Below are positions 25,191-38,044 of a stretch of 64,000 nt of DNA, one piece after another. Made by a program: the position numbers and the translations under genes. The notes beneath the pieces were generated by a model. It searched no databases. It was given only the letters and a program-made list of their open reading frames with translations, and was not told the DNA's origin. Where the stretch lies: assembly GCA_013239625.1 (NCBI GenBank), contig MU056898.1, forward strand, positions 1,083,717-1,147,716, in the 5' to 3' direction. The stretch's first letter is position 1, and every line of letters begins with the position of its first letter. The stretch is from Lama guanicoe. Taxonomy: Eukaryota.

Positions 25191-28100
25191 GCTGAGTGGT
25201 CGTGCCTGGTGTAGGGCAAGGACGGGGAGGCTTCCAGACCCTGGGCACCCCGTATCCAGAGGGCACGGTGGCGGATGTGGCGGGGCCAGGTAGGTGAGAT
25301 TCAGCAGGCCATGTCACCGCAAGGGGCGCGGTGTTTGATAGGAGCTGTTGGCCCCGTGGTGCCAAGGTCTCTCTGCCAGCACGACCTTGTCCTGCCCTGG
25401 CCTTGGGCCACATGTGTGTCGGCTCCTTCGTCGGGGCCCCAGTGTCGCCTGGGGTCTTCACAGGCGTGAGGTCAACTCTGAGTGTCTTTTTCTGAGAAAA
25501 TAACCACGGTAGTGAGTGGGAGGGAGGGCAGAGCAGCGCCCACTCCAGTGTCGGGGAGTCTGCGCCTCTCAGACGGCGGCTCCTGTCTCCCACCTGCTCT
25601 CTGCATCGCCCGGGCCCCGAGGCCCCCAGCCCCTCCCCTGTGCCTGGTGGTGGCCCTGCGACGTGCCTGGCGCTGCGGTGACTGTCCCCACAGCTGCTCA
25701 GGCTCATTTTCTCCTCCAGGATTTCAGAAAATCAAACAAGGAATCGTAAGCACACCACAGCGTCACGTCTCTGCACGTCTGTTCCGGCACCTCCAGACTT
25801 GTTCTCTGAGCTGTCCTGAGCGGGGCCTCCTGAACACTGTGGACCGTCACGGCCCCCTGCTCCCTCCTGCCCTGCCCGCGTGGGTCATCAGAACTCCCCG
25901 CTGGGTGTCCCGTGAGATGTCAGAACGAGAAGTAGAGGCACTGCATGGACGTCAGAGTCCCCAGAGTGCTCTCTTCCACAGTAGGGTCTTCATGGAACAC
26001 CAGGCCTTGATGGGAGGAGGGTCCTCACAGAGTCACTGAGCTGGCGATGAGCTGGCCCCTCCCCAGCCCTCCCGGCCCAGGCCCTGGCCCCGGCCCCGGG
26101 CAGCCCGGCTGACTCGTGGGTGGGTGGACCTGTCTTCCCGGCCCCGTTGGTCTTGGTGTGCAGAGCTGCCACTGGCTTTCGGCCTCTGCGGGGGTCTTCG
26201 TGGTTTTCCCGTTGCCTTTTCCTGAAGCCCACGTGGTGCTTGCTCCATACATAAACCCGCCGTCTCGTTGGGGGGTGCTCCTCGCAGCGCCGCTGCCTCA
26301 CTCGTGCTGTCCCCCTTCAGGTGTGACGCCCACCCTTGGTGCTTGGCCACGGCCCTGGGTGACGCCCCTTCCAGGAGCCTCCCCACCCTGCCCGAGCGCC
26401 CTGGGCCTTGGCTGAGACCCACTGCCTTTCCTGTCTGACCTCCTCCCGGCTCGCGGGGCCACAGCCTGGCCTTGCCGCTGGGAGAACCGCAGAGCTTCCC
26501 CGGGACACCTGCAGCAGTCCATAAGCAGGTGCCTGTGGCCACTTGAAAGGCCAGCAGCAGGAGTTACGTGGAGGCTGGCAGAGGGGTGCCGGCAGCGCGC
26601 CAGGCGTCTGTTAGCTTCTGTGCAGAGCGCTTTGTCCTCAGGGGTCCTGGGGGTGACTGTTAGTTTCCTCGGCACCACCCTGCACTAGTGCACTGGGAGC
26701 CGCGATGTGTCCTGGGCTTCGCCGCCGCGTGCTGCCGCCACCTCTTCCACCCTGAGGGGCCGCAGGGACCACGCCCAGGGCGTTGTGTCCTCTGGAGTCT
26801 CCTGACAGCCAGGCCGCGGGCCTGCGCCCCGGGACCCACTTCGGTGCTTCTTCTCCGGCCCCTGGCAGTGCCCGCAGCGTGGGTCTTGCGGCGCCCCTCC
26901 CGTGGCAGCAGGGCAGGGCCCCAGCTTCTCCAACAGGCGCCGGCCCTGCCCCGGGAAGGTGGTCTCTGTCTGAGCCGACTCTCAAAGTCCAAGAGGAAAT
27001 AAACCGAGTAGCTGGCCTTTCTCCAGTCAGGTGTCACCGCCCCGGCCCCGACGCCCGGGGAGGAGGAAGCGGTCAGTGAGTGAGGCTACACGGAAGATGA
27101 TGAAGGAGGAACTGCTAACTCTAAAATCTCATTTTCTCCTTTCATGTTTGTCATTCCAGCACGTACAATGCCCTAGAGGTTTATTAGAGCGGCAGCATTT
27201 AGAGGGCGTGGGGGCCATGCTTGCCTGGGAGTCACGCAGGGGGTGGGCGGTGTGGCCCTCCCCAGCAGAGCCCCGTGGGCTGGCTGCCTGGGGGGGCTCC
27301 TCGGGGGTGGGGGGCGAGGCGCTGCAGGACCTGCGTCCCGTGAGAGGCCTCACCGAGCGGAGCACTGACTGCTGGTGCTCTGGCCGAGGACGGCCCAGTC
27401 CATGGAGGAGAAACAGACAGGCGTGGGCTTTCTCAATCCAGCTGCCACGTGGTGACCGACGCAGCCGGAAGGCCCGCAGCGGGAGGGGTGGGGCTCGAAG
27501 GCGTGGAGGGTGTGGGCGGTCGGTGCTCTGGCGCCCCTGCGTTGCAGTTGCTGGTGGACGTGGGGCGCCTCCGGGAGAGACGAGGGTGAGGTGGTGCCCC
27601 CTCACCTTTACTGCTGGTCCGATCCTCCCCATCTGTTCCTGCCCTTTGACCTCCTGCCCTGGCCCAGACAACTGGGACGGTGGGCGCGCCCAGCTCTGCG
27701 CCCTCACACCTGACCGCGTCCTGACCTTGTCCTCTCCCTCCGCTCCGTCCTTACTGTGTCTCCTGCGCCAGATGGGGAACTCCTCTCCTTGAGCACGGGA
27801 GCTGGCACCTTTCAAAAGCCTTTCTCCCTCTTTCTCTCTCTGTCTTGTTTTCACTTCTGCGCTGCTGAGCCCGGGGCTGGGTCTGCAGGGCGCGCGGGGA
27901 GCAAAGGCCTGAGCCCTCGTGTCTGCCCTCCCTTGGCTCCGGGGCGCTCGCTGGGCTGGGGACCCGCGGGGACGTGATTTGTGGGCTTCTCGTCCCGTAG
28001 CGTCTGGTTTCTGACGGTCGTTCCCCGTCTATTTAAACGGCTGCATTGGAGTGCCTCTGGGAGGAGGCGGGCGTGAAGTGCCTGCAGGTGAGGGGTGAAG

Positions 28101-28734
28101 TATCGCCGCTGACCGAGCGCCCCCCGGGCATGTGCGCCAGCGTCACCCTGCCTTGTCGTGGGGGCTCCTCCCCCGGAGCTCCCAGCTGCGTGGCCCTCCG
28201 TGGTCTCTTGGGGAGATGGAGTGGCGAGGTCCTGAGCCGAGGTCCTGATGGGGACCCCACCTGGAGCTGGGCCTTCAGGAGTCCCAGGCGTGTCCCCAGG
28301 GGGAGCCTTCCCCCACCGCCAGCGCACTCAGGCCTACCTCCCGGCACCAGGAGTGGGGTCCACGACCTTCACGCTGGCACCCACGCCGCAGGCAAGGGGC
28401 TGCTGACCCGCCTGTCAGTCGCGCGGCTGGAGCTCCGGGTGTGGGACATGTCCTGGTGGGGCCGCCAGGCTCTCTCACCACCACGCCCCCTTCCACATCT
28501 CTCCTGGGGACTGACCACGCTCATGGTCATGCAGGGACACGGCTCTGACGGCCTCACTGCCCGGGTTGCCGCCGCCTCACCCTCACCATGACTGACCAGG
28601 TGTGTAAGTGCAGGCGCTTCTGTCGGCCCCACGCTGCCCCCTCCCTGCCTCGGGGCACAGAGCAGCCTCTGCCTGAGTGTTTGGTACTTGAGGCTCAGTT
28701 CCTGGTACTGAGGTGCACTGCTTAGGACCTCGTA

Positions 28735-28762
28735 CTCAGGGCTCAGGGCTCAGGGCTCAGGG
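28735..28762 (+). repeat. (CTCAGGG)4 tandem repeat
   Basis: Four perfect 7-bp units followed by ctggg. Confidence 0.9.
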
Positions 28763-30054
28763 CTGGGAACCGGAGCGGCGTCCCCCAGGAGCTGTTTGAA
28801 GTGCGTGTTTAGCCAGGTCTCCTGTTACTGGGCTGCTCGGGGGTCAGAAGCTGGTTCACTCTTCTCACCCAGCCTCATGTGTTCTGGGTCTCTCTCCCCT
28901 GCTCTGGGTCCCTTAGTAAGAGCGCACAAGAGAGCCTGGGGGGCACGCCCTTCCTCCCCCTTGATGGAGGCTGTCGCCGGCCCAGGGCATGTGGCACTCT
29001 GCTGTCAGGCGTCTGCCGTCCTCGGTGCAGGGGGCTGGGGTGTGGGAGGACAGAGACGGCACATGGGCGAGGCAGCCCGAGCCTCGGATCACAGGACGCG
29101 GTTTTTGCCCGGCTGCTGCTTGGCTGCTGTGACCTTGGGAAGGCCGCCCCCACCCCCGGGCTGCAGCGTCCCCCACAGCGAGGGGGCGGGAGGCAGACGG
29201 TAACTGAGAAGCCGGGGAGGAGCACCGGGCCCGCTGCTCTGTGGGCCCTTCCCCGCAGCCCCCCGTGTGTGCTGCTGCGTGCAGGTCCGTGGAGGTGGCC
29301 GCCTGCGGGGCCTGGGGAAGTTGGGGTGCGGGGTTGGGCCCGGAACCACTCCAGTCTGTGAGAGTAGAAACAGAGGGTGCCTGGGGCCCAGGGTGAGCAG
29401 CTGGGCCCCGGGCAGTGGCCTCCACAGGGAGGGCAGCCGGCATCTGAGGGCTGTGGGCTCCCGAGGGGGCACACTGGCTGGGCCGTCGGTGGGCGGACCC
29501 TTTCTGGACGTAGATCAGGTGGAGCCCAGTGGAAGGGGCCAGGTGGTGAATGTTTTTGCCTTTTCAAGCCACAGAATCTCTGTCTCAGGAAAGCAGTGTA
29601 GACGCCACGTGATGAGAGGGCTAGGCCGCGTTCCAGAGCTGTCCTCCGCCCTACTGGGGACGGTGGGCATGACCGCATCCTCTGGGGTGCCGTGGGCTTC
29701 AGTGAGCTGGTGGGTGTGGATGCCTGCCCCCGCCCCCTGCCGTAGGTCAGACCCGTGTGCCTCGCTGCCTCGCCCTGAGTGCCGGCGCCCCCGGGTACCC
29801 GTCTTCTGTGGGCTCCGCAGGGCTGTGCTCCTGAGGGACGAGCTGCAGGGACCGGGGCAGCTGCTCCGGGGGACCCGAGGGGCTGCCCTGCCCTCCGGCC
29901 TCTGCCGAGTCGTTTCCTGAGTCCCAGTGGCCTCCTGGGGCGGGGCTGCTTCTCCTTGGGCCTGGCACCTTGGCACTGGGCGCTCTGAGCAGCCTCACTT
30001 GGGCTCCCCACCCTGTAACTTGGAGGCAGCCCCACCCCTACGGTTACAGGTTGG

Positions 30055-30440
30055 TGACGGATCAGCTAAATTGGATTATTCATCATGGTTGGGATTGAAT
30101 TGAAATTGTGAAGGGTGATTTTCCTTCTCGCATTTCAAGGTCAGAGGAGAGTATTTACTGTGTGGCCTCTGTTTATCTGGGAATGCAAATTGAATTTGGT
30201 GATTCGAATTGATGAGATCTTGGGAGCTCATGGGAGGCGGAGGGGAAATGGCCCGCAGGCCAGGCTGCAGCTCCTCGCCTGCTCCCTCCGCTGCTCCTTT
30301 GATTGGTAATTATTTCAGCCTTTGCTTTTCTCATTCTCTGGTTTTGTTTCCGCTGTTTGGATTTTTTTTTTTTTTGTCTGAGAAGTGTGTAATGACACTT
30401 GGAGGCATTTAGGATTGGAATTAGATGCTGTACGTAATGA
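30055..30440. promoter_or_regulatory. Candidate intronic enhancer (octamer plus ERR/NR5A site)
   Basis: TCAAGGTCA at 30135-30143, ATGCAAAT at 30183-30190, GGATTA and TAATTA cores within an AT-rich island. Confidence 0.45.
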
Positions 30441-33400
30441 CAGCTGGGCATCCTGGGCATTGTGGGCGGTGGGGCGAGGCTCACGGCTTCCTCTCCAGGG
30501 CAGCCCCTCCTGTGAGCCTGAGCAGGACCCAGACAGGAAGGGCTGCCCACCTCCTGCCCTCCTGTCTCCTTGGTCCCCCTCCTTCTCCCCTCACGAGCCA
30601 AAGCTACTACCTGGCAAGACTGACGAAGCCCGGGTCCCGTTGCTGTGCCCGAGATCTGGTCTCAGCCGTGCTGGTCGAGGCTGGCCATGCGGTGAGAAGG
30701 GCCCACGCTCTGCAGACGGGGCTCCGGCCCGCCTCCGTCCGGCTGTGTGTTCCCTGTCGGGGAACAGGGATGCAGCAGCGGTTCCCTGTGCTCCGGGGGT
30801 CTGGGGGCGCTCACAGGACCCGGTGTGCGAGCATACAGGCAGTGCAGAGCTCTGTCAGGCGCTGGGTCAGTCTTTCAGCTCCAACTTTATCCAGCTCGTG
30901 ACCTCTTCTGCTTTCCTCTTTGTTGTGTGTGAAGCTTCAGAAAGGAGGCGGGATGTGAGCTCGCCCAGCGGCTCTCCCTGGGGTGGCTCCTCTCCCTTCT
31001 GGTGGGTCTGCCCACTGCACACTCGTCCTGCGCTCTGCCCGTGTCTTGCCGGGGTCCCCGCCGCCCCCTCAGGCAGGCAGAGAGCAGTAGCTTCCTTTTT
31101 GTCGGAGAAATGGAAGTTCAGAGAGTTGCTCCAAGCACCTGAGCTCTGATGCTGAGGGGCTCACGCCCGGCTTTGCTGGGGCCTCTGCCCGGGGCCCCGG
31201 GGCCGCAGGTATCGGACCTGTTTCAGAACCCGCCATGCCCGCCATCAGCGATTCTCCCCAAGCACGGCAGGGCAGGCTCCCTCCCCAGCTGGTCAGCGGG
31301 GTCCTTGCACAGGCCCAGCCCTGGGCCCCGTCACGTCCCTCTGCTTCCCCCTCCTGCAGCCCGAGCTGCCCGTGCCTGGGCCGCTGACGGGCGGGTCAGG
31401 AGCCTCCCCGACACCTGCTTGGCGCCTGCAGCCCATCCTGCCGGGTGCCAAGGCCCATGTCGCCCAGGAGCCCCGAGCCCTCGGTGAACCGGCCTCAGAC
31501 TTGCCCTGCCCCGTCCTTATGAGCCGCAGGAGAGCGTTTGTTGCAGACCTGGTGGTGCTCACCCTGGGCTGTGGGTGCGGTGCAGCAGGGGAGGAACGCG
31601 CCTTCACTCAGCAGATCCTGACGTGGAGGAAGAGAATGGGTTTGAGTCAGGTGGCAGGAGGGGAGGTGGCTGCTGACAATGGAAACCCAGCCGCAGCAGC
31701 CAGGTGCCCACAAGTCAGGGCGCACCCTGGTGTGAGGCAGGGAAGCTGGGCCTGGCCTTGCACTTGGCTGCTCTGTGAACACAGCAGGAGGCTGTGGCTG
31801 ATTCAAAGCGGAGCCTTGGTACGGTGGGTGGTGGGCGAGCAGGCAACAGTGGGGCCAGTGGTGGGGTGGAAGGGCCTGGACCAGGCCTGGAGATGCAGAT
31901 GGGGGAGCGGAGCTCAGCGTGCGTGTGGAGTGGGACTGTCAGACCTGCGGAGCCACGGCGAGGGGGCGGGGGCTGGAGCACGAGTGCTCCTTGCCCGCGG
32001 CCTCTCCCTTGGAAGGTCTTTCCTCCAGAAGCGCTTCGGTGTGAGTGGTGGTCCTGCCTGTCCTTGGTCTGTGGCCCTCGGCCTCCCTGGCCTCTCTCTG
32101 CTTTCCTCAGTCGCATCCTGCAAAGTGCCCGAGCTGGGGCCCAGCAGGGGAGCGCAGGCCCTGCCTTCAGGACCGGAGTGGGCGGCCCACAGGAGGGCCC
32201 GCAGGCTGCGGGCAGTAACAGGCGTGGGCCCCTGCCCCTGCAGCACCCCACCTTCCTTAGAGACCTCCAGGCCCTGTGCTCAGGGTGCTGGTGAAACGGA
32301 GTTGGGAAACGCAGCCTTGCTTGGAGGAAGCTGCCCCCACCCCCACCCCCACAGGCCTGCGCGCGGTGGCGCTCGCCGGTCAGAGTGCAGTCTGCTGCTT
32401 CGAGGTGTCCTGTTGAGCACTGGGTGTCCTGTCCACCCACCGTTCGTCCTCCGGGCCATGGCTTCCAGAGGTAATCCCTAAGTCTTAGCAGTGATTCCTC
32501 ACCCCACTGCAGCCCCCTCTGCTGGCTGCCTCTGGAAGAGGAGGTGGCCGTAGCTGAAGCCCCTCTGGCTGGAGCCTGGCCACACCAGGCAGCTTATCCC
32601 ACCCTGGGCAGCTCTGAGAGATCCTTCTCTACCAGGATCTGACTGCCACCTCCCTGTCACCTTCAGACCACCTAGAGGTCAGTACGCGTCCCCTTTTCTC
32701 TGTGCCCTGCCCCGACCCCTGCAGGCGGTGAGGTCCCGAGCACCCTCGCTGTGCCCTTGGATCGCTGGACACACGCAGCACTGCTCCCTGGAGGCCCCCT
32801 TTGGCTGGGTCGCATCCCCGCCGGCTTCTTCCTGTTTCACCTGCTGCCGCCGGCATCTTGGCAGCCCTGTCCTTGCAGGTGGTGATCTTGCTCTCAGCCG
32901 AAACCCTGACATCCTTTGGGTATGTGCTGCGACTCAGTCGTGTCCCCACGTCCTGCTGGCACGGGAGTCCTGGGTGTCACTCAGAGCCCGTGCTGGGTCA
33001 GGCAGCTCCTGATGCTGCCGGCTCCCAGGGCCTGAGCTCCGCCCTGCCCTTTCCACGGCCCTTCCTTCCACTCTCCACAGGCTGACTTTCAGAATTTTTA
33101 GCCTGATGATTCCCTGATGAGCTGTGATGGCACCAAGACCTGTTGACCTCCTCCTCCTCCTGGTGGCCCTGGGGCGGGGTGGAGCGGATGACGTCCCAGC
33201 TTGCGGCCAGCCTGCGAGCCCCGCCTTCTGACAGATCACTGGGGGCCCTTTTCACCCCAGACAGAGACAGTGCATCACCAATTTGATGGTGGTTGGCTTT
33301 GTCCCAGCTGAGGGCCCAGGGTGCACGAGGCCCAGCACGGGAGACACTGGAGTTCAGGCACCGTGTCCTGACTGGGGAGGGGGCCTCGAGTGAGTGACCA

Positions 33401-36400
33401 GCCCTGAGGCCCGGCTCACCCGGCGTGAGGAGGGGATGCTTAGGGAGCACGGGTGGGGGTCTGACCTCTGTGCTCGGATCCTGGACGTGAAGATGCATTA
33501 GGAGTTTTGCAGAGTGTGAATAAGGTGTTGTTTACTGTTTTCCTGGTTTCCTACAAAAGTGTGACTTCTGTGAGTCGTGTGCACACGCAGTGGATTCAGG
33601 TCTCAACCACAGAAGACCCCCGGCGGGTTGCTGGGTGCTGTGTGGCGGGCACTGTGGACAGTCATTGGAGATGGAGCTCCCTGCCTCTTCCCAGTGTCCG
33701 TGTGAACATCTCCACCAGGTCCCTCACTGGAAGATCACTTGCCTCAGAGCTGTTCTTGTTTTGAATTTGGGTCTGATCATGGCAGCCGGCGTGTTTCTGC
33801 CCTCCGTGCCGACGCCAGGCAGGACCTGGTGGGGAGCCCTGGCCCCTCCCCAGGCACAAGCGAGGGCTCGGCAGGGGCGCCGCGCCGGTCCTTCCTGGGC
33901 TGGGCGCACCGCTGCCCTTCCGGGGGTGGGGGGCTGCCGGGCGAGGGCGGAGCCGCGTCCCTGCCGTCAGTACAGGGAAGGTCATTAAAACGGCCCCCGC
34001 GGCTTCAGAGTGCGCCGTGTCCTTCCGTTGCTCCTTGAAGTAGATGTTCTCAGGCCGGGCCTTCTGATGGAGACCTCACTGAAGTGGGCCGCGCTGGCCC
34101 GTCACAGCGCAGAGAGGGCTTCTCAAAAGCTCAGACCTCATTTCTCTCTGCAGACGCCAGCCCGAAAAGGTCTTGGTCGATAGCTTGCCGGCCTCTCCTC
34201 TAGGAACTGAGAACTTGATTTTGAACTAAAGGTTCACAGAAATGCTGCTGACCTTGGGGTCAACTTCGCGTGGAACCGGAGGTTTAATTTTTTATGAGCT
34301 TTCTCCTCTTTGCTCCACAAGAAAGGCCGCGATTGAATGGGAGAGCGTTCCCCCAGGAGGAGGCGGCCACGTGGGCGCTGGCGCCGCGGGTCGGGGTTCC
34401 GGACCGTGGCCCAAGTGCTTCCGCCCCGCGGAGTGCTCACCGGCCTGTGGGCAGGGCTGCAGGATGGCCTCCGCGGGGCCAGGTCTGCCCTCTCCCCACT
34501 GGTCCTCAAGGAAGGGGGAGGCCACCTGGTGGCAGGTGGTTTGAAAAAATAATTTGGGGCATTTTGGAGTGAATTCTTGGAAACATCAGACAGTTGTGCT
34601 CCTCTGGAAGACCCGGCCCTCTGTCTGTGCCAAACAGTCCAACCTTTGTTCCCCCAGGGCCCCTCTTCACGGCCGCTCTCCTGCTGACCGGACGCCCCCC
34701 ACCCCAGCCTCCCTTCCCTACGCTCTGCTCTGCGGCCTAGTGTGGCCGAGCAGGGGGCTCTGGGGGAGAGAGCCTGCCGGGCTGGTGGGGAGGAAGGGGC
34801 AGGCCGGGTCCTTCCCCTGGAAGAGGGGCGTCCTGCTGCAGGTGGCAGCCGTGGACTTCAGTGGGCAGTTTTCCAGCGCTGGTTCCCAGCTCCTGCCCTA
34901 GGCGGGCGCTTCAGAGGTCTGGTCCCACAGCAGTGGTGCCTCCCGCAGGCCTGGGGTCCAGGTCTCTGAGTTTCTGCGTGTCAGGATTTCTGCCTCTTCC
35001 CTTGGCTCCGCAGCCCAGGGCACCTTGGCTGCTTCCTGGAGGAGCTGCCTCCTCGCTGTGCGAGGGCTCCTCCCTCCCCTCACCGGCTTTCGCTTTCTGC
35101 CTCTGGGGCCTGCCATGTGCACGGAGCTCTCTGCTCTCCACCGAACGCGAACGCAGCGTCCCTGCCTGAGAACGCGAGCCCGGGTGGTGGGGCTGTGGCG
35201 CGGCTCGAGCCCTGCTGTCTCCCCAGGGCTGACGGGGTCGTCGCTGGGCCCGGGGAGTCAGAGCCAGGCTGCTGATGGCCTGGGCAGGGGCCTGGGGGCG
35301 CTGCCCCCTGCAACCTGCCCGGGTGCATTTCTGCGTCTGGTCTAGCTTTTACAGAACTGAGTCCTGATGAAGCATTAGGGCTCACAGCAGGCCTCGGGAC
35401 TTGGAGTGACACGGGGCTGACCAGCGTGGGAATGGAGCCCCTCCAGCAGAGACCCCAGGCCGGCCGAGCTGGTCTGCGAGGCGGCTGGTGCCCGGGGTCT
35501 CCTGCAGAGTTGTGTGTCCTCTGCTTCACTCTTTCCCCTCTTGCTTTCATGAAAAGCATTTTGTGTCAGGAAGGACAGATTGTTTTTCTAAGCGAGCAGG
35601 CACTTTGTCTGCCTGGGCCTGGCCCCCGGCCCCCCGCCCCAAAAGTCTCAGCTGTCTCCTCTGGGCTCTGCCAGACACGTGAAGGGCGCTGCGACCTGCA
35701 CTCAACACACTTGCTCTTGTACCATCTTGGGACTGGTCTGGGGGCGCGGGTCTACCTGCGTTCCGGGGACCTGCACAGGTACCTGGTGGCCAGAGCAGAC
35801 CAGATGCAGGTGATGTGTGCCCAGGCCTGCCCTTGGCTCCATTGTGCTGGACCAGGCCCCGGGGGCGGGGTGTCTGCAGTGGACGACAGTCGCCCTGGGG
35901 GCTTTGTGCCTGCTCTTGGTGGGGAGGTCCCCAGCTCCATAAAGCATCCTGCTTTCAAGACCATGGGGCTCGGAGTTTGTTAGCCTCCACAAGGCTGTCC
36001 CTAGCAGGCCTGCGCTCAGAGCAGCCCCTTCCCTGCGCCCGGCAGGCGCGGCGCCGTGCCGCCACCCGCGAGCTGGCCTCTTGCTGCCCCCGGCCTTGGC
36101 AGCTGGGACCTGGGAGTGCACTTTCTTCTCCTTACACCCCTGCAGCAGAGCCGTGGTTTCAAACGCCTGTGAGCTTCCCCACCTGAAGTCGGGGAGTCCA
36201 GGGCCAGTCTCACAGTTCTTGATTATTGAATCGACCCATGAATAGCTTCAAGTTGAACTGGAACTCGAAATAGCCTTTTCATATGTCTGTTTCAAAGGAA
36301 TATTTGTACTTCTAAAATTTTTATTTTGTATTTTTGGTTATGAAGCACCTAGAAGTGGCAGGTGCCATCGGCCAGCTGTGTAGTTGGATTAAACATTCGT

Positions 36401-37899
36401 GTAAGGCTTCCTGAGGTGGCTACCGGGTGAAGCGTGGGCCCTCGAGTGAGGACCTTGGTTCCGGCTCCTGGGGACCCGGGGCTGGTCCAGGGTGGCCCGA
36501 CCGGGGGTTCTCCACCGAGTTCCTGCAAAGAGAGACTTCTGTCAATGCATGTTTCACATTTACTTTCGGATTATAGCTAACTGTTTAAAGAATTGTACTA
36601 AATTGTAATTTAAAAAAACCCTATACGCACTCAGATGTGGAATCTGACCACTTCCAAAGGAAGCTTTATCTGCCATCCTTGTAGATTAAGGTCTTCCTGA
36701 AATCGTGTGTCAAAGCAAAAAATAAATTACTGGCCCCCACACATGGTATGAGATGCAGGCGTGAAACAGGCCTTGTCTCCAGCTTCATATTCTCAAAGCT
36801 GTCTGCTGTCATCGGTCATGCCCGGGGAACGTGACGGTGACACCTTTTCATCCTGATCATACTCTGTTTCTGGGTTTTTGTTTTTGTTTTGTTTTTGAGA
36901 TTTTAAAGATACCTTTTGGTAAGAGGTTTCCTTTACTTTAAGAAATAGTGTGAACACCTCATCTCTGCCCACACTTCACCGCACGCCTTGCGGAGTTCGT
37001 GCCTCCTTCCCTGGGATGTCTCGCCTTCTCCCTTCTGGGAACTCTCCTGCTCATCGTCCCCTCAAAAAGCATGGGATGTCTGCTTGCAGGGTACCCCCCG
37101 TAGGTGACGCAGGCCTGTGGGTTCCTGAAGTGTATGGGACAAGCCGGGGGCAGAGGACGTCCTGCGGGTTGTGAAGGACTGATGGCGTTTTGTGGGAAAG
37201 AGGGGCCACAACCACGCCCTGAAGGTGCTTCGCTGCCATGCCAGGAAGTTGGGATGCAAGTCCAGGGTCGGGGGCGTCCAACACGGGGTGCCTCTCCTGG
37301 TCTGAGGGACGGCGTGGCAGCGACAGAGGCTGCCCGGGCGGGAGGCTGGTGCAGTAAGAGTTGCGAGCGTCCAGTGTGTGAACCAGGCGGGCGCGGGCCG
37401 CGGGGTCGGGAGGGTGCTGACGAGCGGCGCCCCAGGGTCTCCCCCAGGAGGTGTCCGCCCCACCCCGCAGTGCCAGCGCTCTGGCTGGCTGTGTGCAGGA
37501 CAGGCCCCCAGGGCTGGTGTCGCACGTCCCGCGCCGAGCTGCACATCTGTGGCCACCTGCGGTTCGTGGGAAGTGCTCTCACTCTGGTGATTTAGCTCAT
37601 TCAGAAGTGCGCTCCCGCAGCGCCGCGCAGCAGACAATTTTTCCCATTGTGTGTGGAGCCGAGCTCCCCTCCCCTGCGCCTGCCACGTTCTGGGATCACC
37701 CTGGGTGTCTATTTGAAATCCAGAAACTCCTGAAAGGCTTTAAGCAGCTATTCAAAAGTGAGGAAGTGACAGCGGCCTGGCTGCACGTGCAGCCCTATTT
37801 TGGGACCTGCGTGACGCACGCCGTGTGGGGCCTGGGGACCCATTGCCGGGGCTGTCCTGGGGGCCAGGCCTCACCGCTCTGCCCTTTTGCCTCCTGCAG

Positions 37900-38044
37900 C
37901 GCCCGGGAGCTGGAGAAGGCCAGGCTGCAGCTGCAGGAGGAGGTCCGCCAGGCCAGCGGCCAGCTGTTGGAGGAGAGGAAGAAGCGGGAGGCGCACGAGG
38001 CCCTGGCCCGGCGGCTGCAGAAGCGGGTCCTGCTGCTGACGAAG
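37900..38044 (+). CDS. MAD1L1: Internal coding exon of MAD1L1 (mitotic arrest deficient 1-like 1), coiled-coil region; partial CDS, 145 bp, starts in phase 2, ends in phase 0
   Basis: Translation (S)[48 protein letters not shown] closely matches human MAD1 as I recall it ([49 protein letters not shown]). Acceptor gcccttttgcctcctgcAG at 37898-37899, branch-point-like CTCAC at 37870-37874, donor AAG|GTACGG at 38045. Length is 1 nt + 48 codons. Confidence 0.96.

Larger units (their letters stand above)
1..37899 (+). other. MAD1L1: MAD1L1 intron upstream of the exon (5' end lies outside the window)
   Basis: Ends at the canonical acceptor. I found no match to the preceding MAD1 exon (recalled as roughly [28 protein letters not shown]) in the window. 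Confidence 0.85.
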
